Shown here in pieces: positions 30,851-39,716 of a DNA stretch of 64,000 nucleotides. The stretch's first letter is position 1; each line of letters begins with the position of its first letter. A program made the position numbers and the translations under genes. Source of the DNA: an uncultured Verrucomicrobiales bacterium (GTDB lineage: Bacteria; Verrucomicrobiota; Verrucomicrobiia; Verrucomicrobiales; Akkermansiaceae); assembly GCA_937930235.1 (NCBI GenBank), contig CALGLJ010000008.1, forward strand, positions 23-64,022. The letters are read 5' to 3'. The notes beneath the pieces are model-generated. The model saw only the letters and a program-made list of their open reading frames with translations. It was not told the origin of the DNA and did not search any database.

Positions 30851-31444
30851 ATGACACATTTTTTCACCGCTCTCTTGATGGTCTGTCTGACTCTCCCTGT
30901 CCTTTCGCAAGAGAAGACAAATAAGATCGGGACCGCGAACATGACTCTGCTTTTCTCGAAATATCACAAAACGACCAAACTCCTCAAAACCTTCGATGAC
31001 TATCGTGATGAAATTATCAAACAACGCAATGAGCGCGTTGAGGTGATAAAAACTGCGGCAGAAGAGTTTCGCAGATTCCACCGGGAAGCCCAAGTGGAAG
31101 CTCTCTCAGATGAGAACCGCAGCAAGCTCTTAGAGCAGGCCGCCAAGAAACAAAAAGAAGCTCGCAGCTTGGAAACGGATCTCAATTCATGGTTGAACCG
31201 ACGCCAGTCTGCCATCGATGAAAAGAAGGCCATGGAGTTTGTCGCACTCCGCAAAGAAATTTTAGCCATCATTCAGAAGCTTGGAAATGAAGAAGGCTAT
31301 GACTTTATTTTCGATCTCAGCGGGAATTCGATCGCCGGGGTCAACGTCCTCGTTTACACCAAAGACGCCACGGATCTTACCGGCATTCTTCTTGAGAAAA
31401 TTAACGAAAACGCCCCCAAAGAAGAGACCAAAACTGATGAGTGA
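30851..31444 (+). CDS. skp: OmpH/Skp-family periplasmic chaperone (paralogue 3)
   Basis: Signal peptide, KIGTANMTLLFSKY, a charged helical arm, C-terminal YDFIFDLSGN. Confidence 0.7.
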   Translation: MTHFFTALLMVCLTLPVLSQEKTNKIGTANMTLLFSKYHKTTKLLKTFDDYRDEIIKQRNERVEVIKTAAEEFRRFHREAQVEALSDENRSKLLEQAAKKQKEARSLETDLNSWLNRRQSAIDEKKAMEFVALRKEILAIIQKLGNEEGYDFIFDLSGNSIAGVNVLVYTKDATDLTGILLEKINENAPKEETKTDE

Positions 31445-31488
31445 TCCTTCCTCATTCGCTTTCCCGTTCACTTCCCCATGATCACCAG

Positions 31489-31517
31489 ACGCCAAAGGTT
31501 CTCTTTGGCGTTTTTTT
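31489..31517 (+). terminator. Rho-independent terminator after the third skp paralogue
   Basis: ACGCCAAAG-GTTCT-CTTTGGCGT hairpin (9-bp stem, 5-nt loop) followed by a T7 run. Confidence 0.7.
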
Positions 31518-31532
31518 CTTCCTCATTGAACG

Positions 31533-32093
31533 ATGAAGCGGGCGACTATTATCGCACACGAGAAGATCGCGGCGCATCTCAAGCTCGGTGATCACGCGAT
31601 CGATGCCACGGTGGGGAATGGCTACGATACGCTATTCTTAGCGGAAAAAGTCGGAGCTGAGGGACACGTGACCGGCTTTGATATTCAGAAAGAAGCTCTG
31701 GCCTCCGCCCGGAGGCGCCTCGCAGATGCGGGGGTAGATGATTTACGTGTCACCCTGAGACATGCCAGCCATGCTGAGATGCTCCAACATACGGACCAAC
31801 CAGTCGCGGCGGTGATGTTTAATCTTGGCTACTTACCGGGAGGAAATCAGGAAAAAATCACTTGCACAGCCAGTACCCTACCCGCCTTGGATCAGGCGGT
31901 GTCGCTTTTACAAGTAGAGGGGATCTTAACATGCGTATGCTATCCTGGGCACCCGGGGGGACTTGAGGAGGCTGAATCGATCCTTACGTGGGCCGCCGCA
32001 CTTGATCAGGAGATCTATCGGGTGGAGATGTATAACGAAAAAGGCCGCCATGAAGGGCGACCTTTTTTAGTGAGTCTCACGCGCGTTGCATGA
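31533..32093 (+). CDS. Class I SAM-dependent methyltransferase (YtqB/MnmM-like 'putative rRNA methylase' family)
   Basis: AIDATVGNGYDTLFLAE, VTGFDIQ, MFNLGYLPGG. 186 aa. Confidence 0.7.
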   Translation: MKRATIIAHEKIAAHLKLGDHAIDATVGNGYDTLFLAEKVGAEGHVTGFDIQKEALASARRRLADAGVDDLRVTLRHASHAEMLQHTDQPVAAVMFNLGYLPGGNQEKITCTASTLPALDQAVSLLQVEGILTCVCYPGHPGGLEEAESILTWAAALDQEIYRVEMYNEKGRHEGRPFLVSLTRVA

Positions 32094-32110
32094 GTTGAGC
32101 CAGAGTGAGT

Positions 32111-32548
32111 CTAGCGCTCACAGACTTCCCCGTCTTGGAAGAAACGTTTCAGTTCCGCAGCCGCCGTATCTGGGCCATCAGAAGCGTGACACACATTGCG
32201 CATCTTCGAGTCACCACTCTTATCGCCGAAATCTCCCCGGATCGTTCCCGCCGCTGCTTCCGTGGAATCAGTTGGCCCAAGCAAGTCCCTGACTTTTCCG
32301 ATCACCCCTTCTCCTGCGAGCGCGAGCGCGATAACAGGGGACTCTTGCATAAAATTTCGCACAGAGGGGAAAAAGGGCATTTCCGCAATGTGAGCATAAT
32401 GCTCAGCCAGAATCTCGTCGGAAAGGGACATCATCTTGATTCCGCGAATGACGAATCCTTCCTTCTCAAAGCGAGAAAGAACAGTGCCTACCAGATTTTT
32501 TTTAACAGCATCAGGCTTGAAGAGAATAAGGGTGGTTTCTTGCGACAT
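32111..32548 (-). CDS. ndk: Nucleoside-diphosphate kinase
   Basis: ETTLILFKPDAV, TIRGDFG, and the active-site NVCHASD. Confidence 0.95.
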   Translation of the reverse strand: MSQETTLILFKPDAVKKNLVGTVLSRFEKEGFVIRGIKMMSLSDEILAEHYAHIAEMPFFPSVRNFMQESPVIALALAGEGVIGKVRDLLGPTDSTEAAAGTIRGDFGDKSGDSKMRNVCHASDGPDTAAAELKRFFQDGEVCER

Positions 32549-32605
32549 ATCTAATTCTGGAAATAGGGGCCTGAGCCCGGTCTGTCAATACTCGGCACCG
32601 CAGAT

Positions 32606-33142
32606 CTAAAGACCTAAAGTAACCACCAGGTGATCATCCTTCACTTGAATGTTCTGGATGAGATAACGCGCCGCTTTCTTTTTTAAATCAGTCTCTTTCA
32701 GTCGATAAACTTCTTGCCCATCCAGATATTTCTGCGCCAAGACGGTAGCGAGCAGACTCAGAGCTGATTCGTACTTCTTCGGGAGTTTGGAAGCTTCGAT
32801 TTCTTCCACCTCGATCTCGGTGAGCTGCAGGGCCTTATTTTTCTGATCGAAGAGGACTCCAGTACGCATTGTCAGCATCGCGTGATAGCTCCCTTTGAGG
32901 GGAATATCGACTCTTGCCATGAGCTTCAGTTTGAAACGTTCCTCTCCCTCAACAAAGCTCACCTCCGGTTTCTCAATCGTGACCGGAACGACCCCGTAGA
33001 TTTTTTCGATCTTAGGAAACTTCTTCTCTAGCTTGTCTCGGATATCTTGCTCTGAGAATTTTAATTCAATTCCGCTGTTTTGAGAACGGCATCCTGTCAG
33101 CACGAGCACCAAAGCCACCCACACCCAATTTTGAATCTGCAT
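32606..33142 (-). CDS. Putative lipoprotein (possibly DUF1439/YceB-like)
   Basis: The ATG at 33142 gives MQIQNWVWVALVLVLTGC with an L-T-G-C lipobox. The track ORF extends to 33427 but would overlap recA and lacks any signal. Confidence 0.6.
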   Translation of the reverse strand: MQIQNWVWVALVLVLTGCRSQNSGIELKFSEQDIRDKLEKKFPKIEKIYGVVPVTIEKPEVSFVEGEERFKLKLMARVDIPLKGSYHAMLTMRTGVLFDQKNKALQLTEIEVEEIEASKLPKKYESALSLLATVLAQKYLDGQEVYRLKETDLKKKAARYLIQNIQVKDDHLVVTLGL

Positions 33143-33302
33143 CACGCAGACTGAAGCGGAGCGAAACTTGGTTCCAACCTTTATTTGATCAGAAGTAAGA
33201 AAAATAAAATCGAAAGAACATTGGTATTTTGAACACTTTTTTGTGGACAGAGGACTGTTCATTTGATTTATTTCCTTCAGATCAATTACTACAAGCATTG
33301 TC

Positions 33303-34385
33303 ATGAGTACCACAGCCGTTAAAGATCCCGTCATGCCCGAGAAGAAAGAGAAAGCATCTGCTGAAGCCGTTGATAAAGGCGCAGAGAAAATTGCCGCCGC
33401 TCGCCGTAAGAATCTCGATCTAGCCATTAATCAAATCCAAAAAGACTTTGGAGAGGCCGCGATTATGCGTCTTGGAGATGCCACCACTATGGATGTGGAG
33501 GCGATCCCAACTGGAAACCTCCTCATTGATCGTGCCCTAGGAGTTGGTGGTTTTCCTCGTGGTCGGATCGTCGAAGTGTTCGGGCCTGAATCTTCTGGTA
33601 AGACCACCCTCACTCTCACCGTCATCGCCCAAGCTCAAAAAGCAGGAGGCCTTGCAGCTTTCATCGATGTCGAGCACGCGCTCGATCCCCAATACGCGCG
33701 CCTTCTCGGAGTGAATTTAGATGACCTCTTGGTCTCACAACCGTCTTCCGGTGAGGAAGCATTACAAATTTGTGAAACACTCGTGCGTTCAAATGCCATC
33801 GATGTTGTTGTCCTTGATTCCGTAGCTGCTCTTGTCACGAAACAGGAACTTGCAGGAGAAATTGGTGACTCCACTGTCGGAACCCAAGCGCGCCTCATGA
33901 GTGCTGCTATGCGTAAGCTGACAGGATTGATTTCGCGCGCTCGCACTACCTGTATCTTCACCAATCAGATTCGTGAAAAAATTGGGGTCATGTTTGGGAG
34001 CCCGGAAACCACTCCTGGTGGACGAGCGCTCAAGTTCTTCTCTTCCGTAAGAGTGGATATTCGACGAATTGGCCAGATTAAAGCCACTGATGGCACCGTT
34101 CAGGGAAATCGGACGAAAATTAAAGTCGTGAAGAATAAAGTCGCTCCTCCATTCACTGATGCGGAATTCGACATCATGTATAATGAGGGGATTTCTTCGA
34201 CCGGCTCACTTCTCGATCTGGCTTTGGAGTTTGATATTATCCAAAAGCGAGGCAGTTGGTTTAGCTATGATGGGACCCAATTAGCCCAAGGGCGTGATGG
34301 TGCCAAAAATGCCCTCAAAGAAGATGAGGCTCTCTATTTAGATGTAGAGGAAAAGGTGAAAGAAAAACTCGCCGAAACCAAATAG
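33303..34385 (+). CDS. recA: Recombinase A
   Basis: Walker [49 protein letters not shown]. Confidence 0.97.
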   Translation: MSTTAVKDPVMPEKKEKASAEAVDKGAEKIAAARRKNLDLAINQIQKDFGEAAIMRLGDATTMDVEAIPTGNLLIDRALGVGGFPRGRIVEVFGPESSGKTTLTLTVIAQAQKAGGLAAFIDVEHALDPQYARLLGVNLDDLLVSQPSSGEEALQICETLVRSNAIDVVVLDSVAALVTKQELAGEIGDSTVGTQARLMSAAMRKLTGLISRARTTCIFTNQIREKIGVMFGSPETTPGGRALKFFSSVRVDIRRIGQIKATDGTVQGNRTKIKVVKNKVAPPFTDAEFDIMYNEGISSTGSLLDLALEFDIIQKRGSWFSYDGTQLAQGRDGAKNALKEDEALYLDVEEKVKEKLAETK

Positions 34386-34562
34386 AAAACCGCAAGACGA
34401 GGGCCTTGATTCTTGGAAAAGATCTGATCGCGAACATGACGTGATGGGAAATTCACGAATGAGGGGTCGGCCCGACCAAAGCCAAAGTCAAGGCTCTGGA
34501 ACTTTACTTGCAGGCTTGGGGAATACCGTTGGACAGATGCCTTGTTTTCGGGATCTTCAAAG

Positions 34563-36035
34563 ATGGAAATCTCCTTAGTTTATCCCCACCAGCTTTTTGC
34601 AAAGCACCCGGCTATTGAGCTGGGGAAGCCGGTATTTCTATTGGAAGATCCACTGTTTTTCGGGACTGATTCTGAACATCCGCTAAAGCTACATGCTAAG
34701 AAACTCATGCTGCACCGTGCAGCGATGAAGTTCTACGCGGCAGGGATCGAAAACAGCACCTATGTCGAGTTGCCGAAGGAGCCATGCAGATCGGATGAAT
34801 TGTTAGAAAAAGTAGTTCCGCTGAAGGTCTCTAAAATTCGCTGTATCGATCCGGTTGATTATTTGCTGGAGAGAAGATTGCGGCGTTTTTGTGAGAAGAG
34901 AGGGATCGAGTTGACGCTCTTAGAGTCTCCCATGTTTGTGACTCCGGATGGGTGGGTGAATGAAATCATGGATGGAATGAAGAAGCCTTTCATGAAGACG
35001 TTCTACGAAGCTCAGCGAAAGCGTATGGACGTGCTCATGGATGGTGATAAGCCCAAAGGAGGAAAGTATTCCTTTGATGCTGAAAATCGAAAAAAGCTCC
35101 CCAAGACGGTTGCCATTCCCGAAGCTTATGGTCCACCTCAACATGAGGAAATCAAAGAAGCAGAGATCTGGGTAAAAGAACGCTTCCCGAATGCGCTGGG
35201 GCAGACGGCTAGGTTTCAATATGGGATTTGCCGGGAAGACGCTTTCCAGGCTTTAGAGCTTTTTCTCCAAGAACGTTTCCATCTTTTTGGAGACTATGAA
35301 GATGCCATCTCCGTGAACCATCGCGTCGCCTTTCACTCGGTGCTGACGCCTTATTTAAACATTGGATTGATCACTCCGCAGGAAGTGGTGGATCGGGTGC
35401 TAGAGTTTACGAAAGAGGGTGATGTGATTCCCCTGAACTCACTGGAGGGTTTCATCCGTCAGGTGATCGGGTGGCGGGAATTCATGCGGGTGATTTACTT
35501 ACGGCATGGTGTCTTTGAGCGGAAAGAAAATTTCTGGAAATTCACCCGCAAGATGCCGCAATCGTTCTATGATGGCACAACAGGAATTGATCCCATTGAC
35601 CACGTGATTCAGGCACTTCATGAAGATGCCTACTGCCACCACATTGAGCGCCTGATGGTGCTGGGTAATTTTATGATGCTTTGTCGTATCGATCCCGATG
35701 ATGTTTATCGATGGTTTATGGAGTTTTTCATTGATGCCTACGACTGGGTCATGGTTCCGAATGTTTACGGAATGAGTCAGTTTGCTGATGGAGGAATCTT
35801 TGCCACGAAGCCTTATCTTTCTGGCTCTAACTATATTCGTAAAATGTCAGACTTCAAAAAAGGGCCTTGGTGCGAGGTTTGGGACGGTCTCTTTTGGACT
35901 TTCGTGGAAGATCATCACGATTTCTTTTTGAAGAACTATCGTATGGCTCAAATGGCACGCCTTCATGATCGCATGACTGATGAGAAAAAGAAAACCCACC
36001 GAGAAAATGCAGCACGATTTTTGGCCCAACTCTAA
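34563..36035 (+). CDS. Cryptochrome/photolyase-family protein ('deoxyribodipyrimidine photolyase-related', CryPro / bacterial (6-4) photolyase-like)
   Basis: N-terminal LVYPHQLF, then VLTPYLNIGLITPQEV, GFIRQVIGWREF, YCHHIERLMVLGNF, YDWVMVPNVYGMSQFADGG, SGSNYIRKMSDF. ATG at 34563 (the track uses TTG at 34542). Confidence 0.8.
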   Translation: MEISLVYPHQLFAKHPAIELGKPVFLLEDPLFFGTDSEHPLKLHAKKLMLHRAAMKFYAAGIENSTYVELPKEPCRSDELLEKVVPLKVSKIRCIDPVDYLLERRLRRFCEKRGIELTLLESPMFVTPDGWVNEIMDGMKKPFMKTFYEAQRKRMDVLMDGDKPKGGKYSFDAENRKKLPKTVAIPEAYGPPQHEEIKEAEIWVKERFPNALGQTARFQYGICREDAFQALELFLQERFHLFGDYEDAISVNHRVAFHSVLTPYLNIGLITPQEVVDRVLEFTKEGDVIPLNSLEGFIRQVIGWREFMRVIYLRHGVFERKENFWKFTRKMPQSFYDGTTGIDPIDHVIQALHEDAYCHHIERLMVLGNFMMLCRIDPDDVYRWFMEFFIDAYDWVMVPNVYGMSQFADGGIFATKPYLSGSNYIRKMSDFKKGPWCEVWDGLFWTFVEDHHDFFLKNYRMAQMARLHDRMTDEKKKTHRENAARFLAQL

Positions 36036-37212
36036 ACCGAAATTTGCTGAGACCAGAGAAGAGGCTTTAGCACGTTTAGCAGAGTTTTCTCAGACGGCGT
36101 CCCGCTACAGCCGAGAGCGAAATCATGTTGTGTCCGGTCATCCCAATGTCTCTCGTCTGAGTCCTGCGATTCGGCATCGTTTGATTTCTGAGGAAGAAGC
36201 AGTTCGTGCGGTGCTTGAGCGTTACGCGTTCTCAACGGTAGAGAAATTCCTTCAAGAGATTTACTGGCGTCGTTACTGGAAAAGCTGGTTGGCAATGCGC
36301 CCGCAGGTGTGGACGGAGTACTTGATGGATTTAGCAACCCTCAAAGAAGGTGAAGATCACGAACGCGCTCAGGAAATCAGTGAGGGAAGAGGTCCCATCG
36401 CGGTCATGAATGACTTTGCCCACGAACTCATTGAGACTGGTTATCTACACAATCATGCTCGGATGTGGTTCGCGGCTTATTGGATTCATACTCTGCGCTT
36501 GCCGTGGCAACTCGGAGCAGACTTTTTCTATCGGCATTTACTTGATGCGGACCCGGCCTCTAACACCTTGTCTTGGCGTTGGGTTGCCGGTCTTCAGACC
36601 ATCGGGAAAAGCTATTTGGCTCGCCGCTCAAATATTGAAAAATACCTTCATCCCGATCTTCTGAAAACAAAAGGTCTGGAGCTGTTAGAAAATCCTAGCC
36701 CTGCGTCTGTGCAATTTGAAAATGCGGGCAATCGAGAAATAAAAGCGCCGGTCAGGAAGAATCCATCCATGGATTTAGCCCGTAAAACGATCCTCTGGCT
36801 TCATGAAGAAGATCTCAGTGTGGAAACTTGGATCAACCGTCCTACTTTAGCAAAGATTGACCAAGTGATTGTCACCTGGGATTCATCAGATGCATCACGG
36901 GTTAAAAAATCATGGCTAGAGGCGGCGATCACCGATGCCGTTTCACGCTGGAATATCCCTACAATTCTTCAGAGACAGAGGACCCCCACCATTGAGAACG
37001 AGCAATTCACACAAGTCATTGCCGTCCGCCCAGAGATTGGCCCTCTGAATGATACGCTACCGGAAGTAGAACAATCTCTCTCCATGAAAGGGATGGATTT
37101 GCACCTGGTCGAGCGCGAGGAAGACCTTCTCCTGCAAGGCGCCGCAAAGGGAGGTTTCTTTTCCTTCTGGAAATCACTGGCTCCAAATATTCGATCAATG
37201 AAAGAGCTTTAA
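36007..37212 (+). CDS. Photolyase FAD-binding-domain protein lacking the N-terminal alpha/beta domain, with a ~150-aa C-terminal extension
   Basis: SRLSPAIRHRLIS, EKFLQEIYWRRYW, GYLHNHARMWFAAYWIH, DADPASNTLSWRWVAG are photolyase FAD-binding-domain motifs beginning ~25 aa from the N-terminus. The start overlaps the upstream gene by 29 nt. Confidence 0.7.
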   Translation: MQHDFWPNSKPKFAETREEALARLAEFSQTASRYSRERNHVVSGHPNVSRLSPAIRHRLISEEEAVRAVLERYAFSTVEKFLQEIYWRRYWKSWLAMRPQVWTEYLMDLATLKEGEDHERAQEISEGRGPIAVMNDFAHELIETGYLHNHARMWFAAYWIHTLRLPWQLGADFFYRHLLDADPASNTLSWRWVAGLQTIGKSYLARRSNIEKYLHPDLLKTKGLELLENPSPASVQFENAGNREIKAPVRKNPSMDLARKTILWLHEEDLSVETWINRPTLAKIDQVIVTWDSSDASRVKKSWLEAAITDAVSRWNIPTILQRQRTPTIENEQFTQVIAVRPEIGPLNDTLPEVEQSLSMKGMDLHLVEREEDLLLQGAAKGGFFSFWKSLAPNIRSMKEL

Positions 37213-37302
37213 TCACTCATCCAATCACGAAAGCAAAAGAATCAAATAAACTCGTCAAAAATTTTTGCAGCCACATCAGATTGTCAGGACAAACAGAGCT
37301 GT

Positions 37303-37515
37303 ATGAGCCTATCTTTGAGTCCCCCTAGCACTCCCATATGGCCTGCGGATCGTTTCGGCCAAAGCATCACGGAACTTCCCGATGGACGAAAGGTGCTCGT
37401 CGCAGGTGAGCATGAAGATCATTATGACGCAGATGTCTTTGTATTAGAACGAGCACACATTCGTTTTCAGTTCGTTAATTTATCTGAATTATTTATCTTT
37501 TTAAAGTATATATAA
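37303..37515 (+). pseudogene. Probable 5' remnant of a gene truncated at ~37440 by AT-rich DNA
   Basis: The first ~46 codons have normal composition (..IWPADRFGQSITELPDGRKVLVAGEHEDHYDADV). The reading frame then runs into extremely AT-rich sequence and stops (..FVNLSELFIFLKYI*). Confidence 0.3.
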
Positions 37516-37605
37516 TTATCTTTATTTTAAATTATTTTAATTCAATGTTATATCTATTGCCGCATTAATGGCGACAAACAAGAAAATTAAAAATTGGAAG
37601 ATACA

Positions 37606-38400
37606 ATGAAAAATCAAATAGACAGAACAATAGTAAATCGGATCAAACCAGGCTGGTTAGTAGCTTTAGCGATGTTAATGACTTCGTTCAATGTATTCGC
37701 AGAGAATCATTTCAGATTGGTTAATCCAATATCTCGAAGCTTTGATCACTTAGTGGTCTTCTCGGGAGAAGCGAAGTTTACGCCGGATTTCCCAGGTCTT
37801 GGGGGAATATTGGTAGGGGGATTCGGCGGTGGTAATGAAAATTTCCAAAAAAATGTGATGAAGCGAACTGACGAAGAAATTGAAGAAAATCGCCAAGAGG
37901 CAATTAATTTCTTCCAGACCAAGTTTGGGATTGATGCCAACGACAGCGCCAACATTCTGTTTTTTGGTTTTGAAATTGATCCAAGAACAAACCTGCGAAT
38001 GATTGTTCAGTCGAGAGCATTTGTCCCGCGCAGAGGCTTCAAGATTCGCGAAGGAGGCTGGGGAATTGCGGTATTAAATCCAGATGGAGTTCCTCTTGGA
38101 GGAGACTTTGAAGGGACTCTGCCTGCGGGCGCTTTTCTTGCTTTTGGGGAGTATAATATCAAGCGCCCTCACCGACGGAATATGATCATCAAATTTCAGT
38201 CAGACATACCCATTATTTCCAATGGGACTGACATCACAGCGGTTCGTTACAAGATTTCCAATAATCGACTCGGTGAAGGAATTGAGCAAAATACATTCAC
38301 TTTAACTGAATTGGAGGACGGACAAATCAGCTATCTCAAACGGTCTGTATTGACTTTCTCCGCTGATCGTAAGAAGAGACAAAAGCGATATTCGCGATAA
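37606..38400 (+). CDS. Exported hypothetical protein on an AT-rich segment
   Basis: 264-aa ORF with signal peptide GWLVALAMLMTSFNVFAEN and a basic C-terminus (RKKRQKRYSR). No motif recognised. One hand-counted line is ~40% G+C. Confidence 0.6.
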   Translation: MKNQIDRTIVNRIKPGWLVALAMLMTSFNVFAENHFRLVNPISRSFDHLVVFSGEAKFTPDFPGLGGILVGGFGGGNENFQKNVMKRTDEEIEENRQEAINFFQTKFGIDANDSANILFFGFEIDPRTNLRMIVQSRAFVPRRGFKIREGGWGIAVLNPDGVPLGGDFEGTLPAGAFLAFGEYNIKRPHRRNMIIKFQSDIPIISNGTDITAVRYKISNNRLGEGIEQNTFTLTELEDGQISYLKRSVLTFSADRKKRQKRYSR

Positions 38401-38618
38401 ATTCGGCGGGTGCTAATGACCCGTTTCACAGCCATCCCACAGGCTGAATAAACAAAGAAGTGGCTGGTGGTCGATCCTATCTGGGATCGGCCTACTTGTA
38501 AAAAACCAGCCAAAGCCAGAGTTCCGGTTCTCGCTCAATCTTGATCTATTTCCTTGTGTCACGTCATCAGGATCGTCCTTCGGAATCTTCATTATGACGA
38601 GAAGTCCGGTATTTGTCC

Positions 38619-39599
38619 TCACGAGCGGTGGCGAAAACGGAGGAAGGCGATAGCAAGAATCAGCTGGAGGCCGATCTTTGGCTCGGGGATGGTATTCACG
38701 ATCCAATCATGGTGAGGCCGTAGGTCGGTGAAAAAGGTGAGGTCGCCGTAACGCGAATCGTTGCGGGAAAAGCCTGAGGGTAGGGTGGGGTTGGTGCCCC
38801 AAGAGGTGATTCCGGCGAGCTGCCATGATCCATCGCTGCTGCTCTGAACAAGCAGGGGCCCTCCGCTATCCCCAGGAGCCGTGGTGGCCTCCAATGAGGT
38901 GGGCATGGCCTCGCTGATGGCGGGAGCTTGTTCCAGCACTGTGGCGCTGAGGGTTGGATTGGAAAAGCCGTCATCATAGAAGCTGCGGGCCACGGTGGAG
39001 GCTTGGAGAGCGTTGCGCCGTTCTGAGCCGTCGTCGAAGTCGGTGACTAGAAAACCGCCACCAAGGGAGGAGAATTCCCGATCGATCGTGTTGGTGCCAG
39101 CCAGGCGCATCGTGCTGCCGTTTGCCCCTAGGATGCCAGTTCCAGAAAAGCCCTGCCCGAGGAAAACTCCTTCACTCCCTAGAAGGCTGCTGCCGGAAAA
39201 AAGACTGGTTTTACGAGTGGTTGTCGGGTTCTTGAGCCGGAGTAACGCTAAGTCCGCCCCCTGGTTCAGTCCCGTAGTGGGGTTGCCGCTCCAGCCAGGT
39301 GCGAGTGAAATGAACATTGCTCGGTGAGATTTGCCACCCCGATGGATGGTGATTTGATCTGCGCTGAAACCATCGACGACGTGGGCTGCAGTCAAGACCC
39401 AACCGGGCTGAAATTCAAACCCGGTTCCCGTGCTACCAGTGCCGTTTCTCCGGTTGGCACGGATTTCCGTCAAACCGTTGAAGGCCACGTCGTTGGCCAA
39501 GGCAAGGTGGTCCTCCAGGGAGCCTCCGTGCTGGATGACCACTGCGTGAAGTGAGCTGAAGGCGCTGCACGTTGCGTAAAAAAGGGCTTTTAAAGTCAT
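38619..39599 (-). CDS. Secreted trypsin-like (S1) serine protease with a PEP-CTERM sorting signal
   Basis: Catalytic triad contexts LTAAHVV (His), ADLALLRL (Asp), GDSGGPLLV (Ser). The C-terminus TIPEPKIGLQLILAIAFLRFRHRS has the PEP motif, a hydrophobic helix and a basic tail. Confidence 0.85.
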   Translation of the reverse strand: MTLKALFYATCSAFSSLHAVVIQHGGSLEDHLALANDVAFNGLTEIRANRRNGTGSTGTGFEFQPGWVLTAAHVVDGFSADQITIHRGGKSHRAMFISLAPGWSGNPTTGLNQGADLALLRLKNPTTTRKTSLFSGSSLLGSEGVFLGQGFSGTGILGANGSTMRLAGTNTIDREFSSLGGGFLVTDFDDGSERRNALQASTVARSFYDDGFSNPTLSATVLEQAPAISEAMPTSLEATTAPGDSGGPLLVQSSSDGSWQLAGITSWGTNPTLPSGFSRNDSRYGDLTFFTDLRPHHDWIVNTIPEPKIGLQLILAIAFLRFRHRS

Positions 39600-39716
39600 A
39601 AACTTTCGTCTAGAGGAAATATAGTCGAAGGTAGGGTATATGCACAGCTTATCTGTTCCTTGAAGTCAAATACCTGCCAGCGCTGCTTTTTCTAACTCAC
39701 CATTAAAACACTCATT

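Noticed and set aside
32105-32554. 149-aa plus-strand ORF exactly opposite ndk
   Set aside because: The minus strand encodes a textbook Ndk (NVCHASD). This is an antisense artefact.
33143-33427. N-terminal 95-aa extension of the lipoprotein ORF overlapping recA
   Set aside because: It overlaps the recA start on the opposite strand. The internal ATG gives a canonical lipoprotein signal (LTGC), so the extension is most likely not translated.
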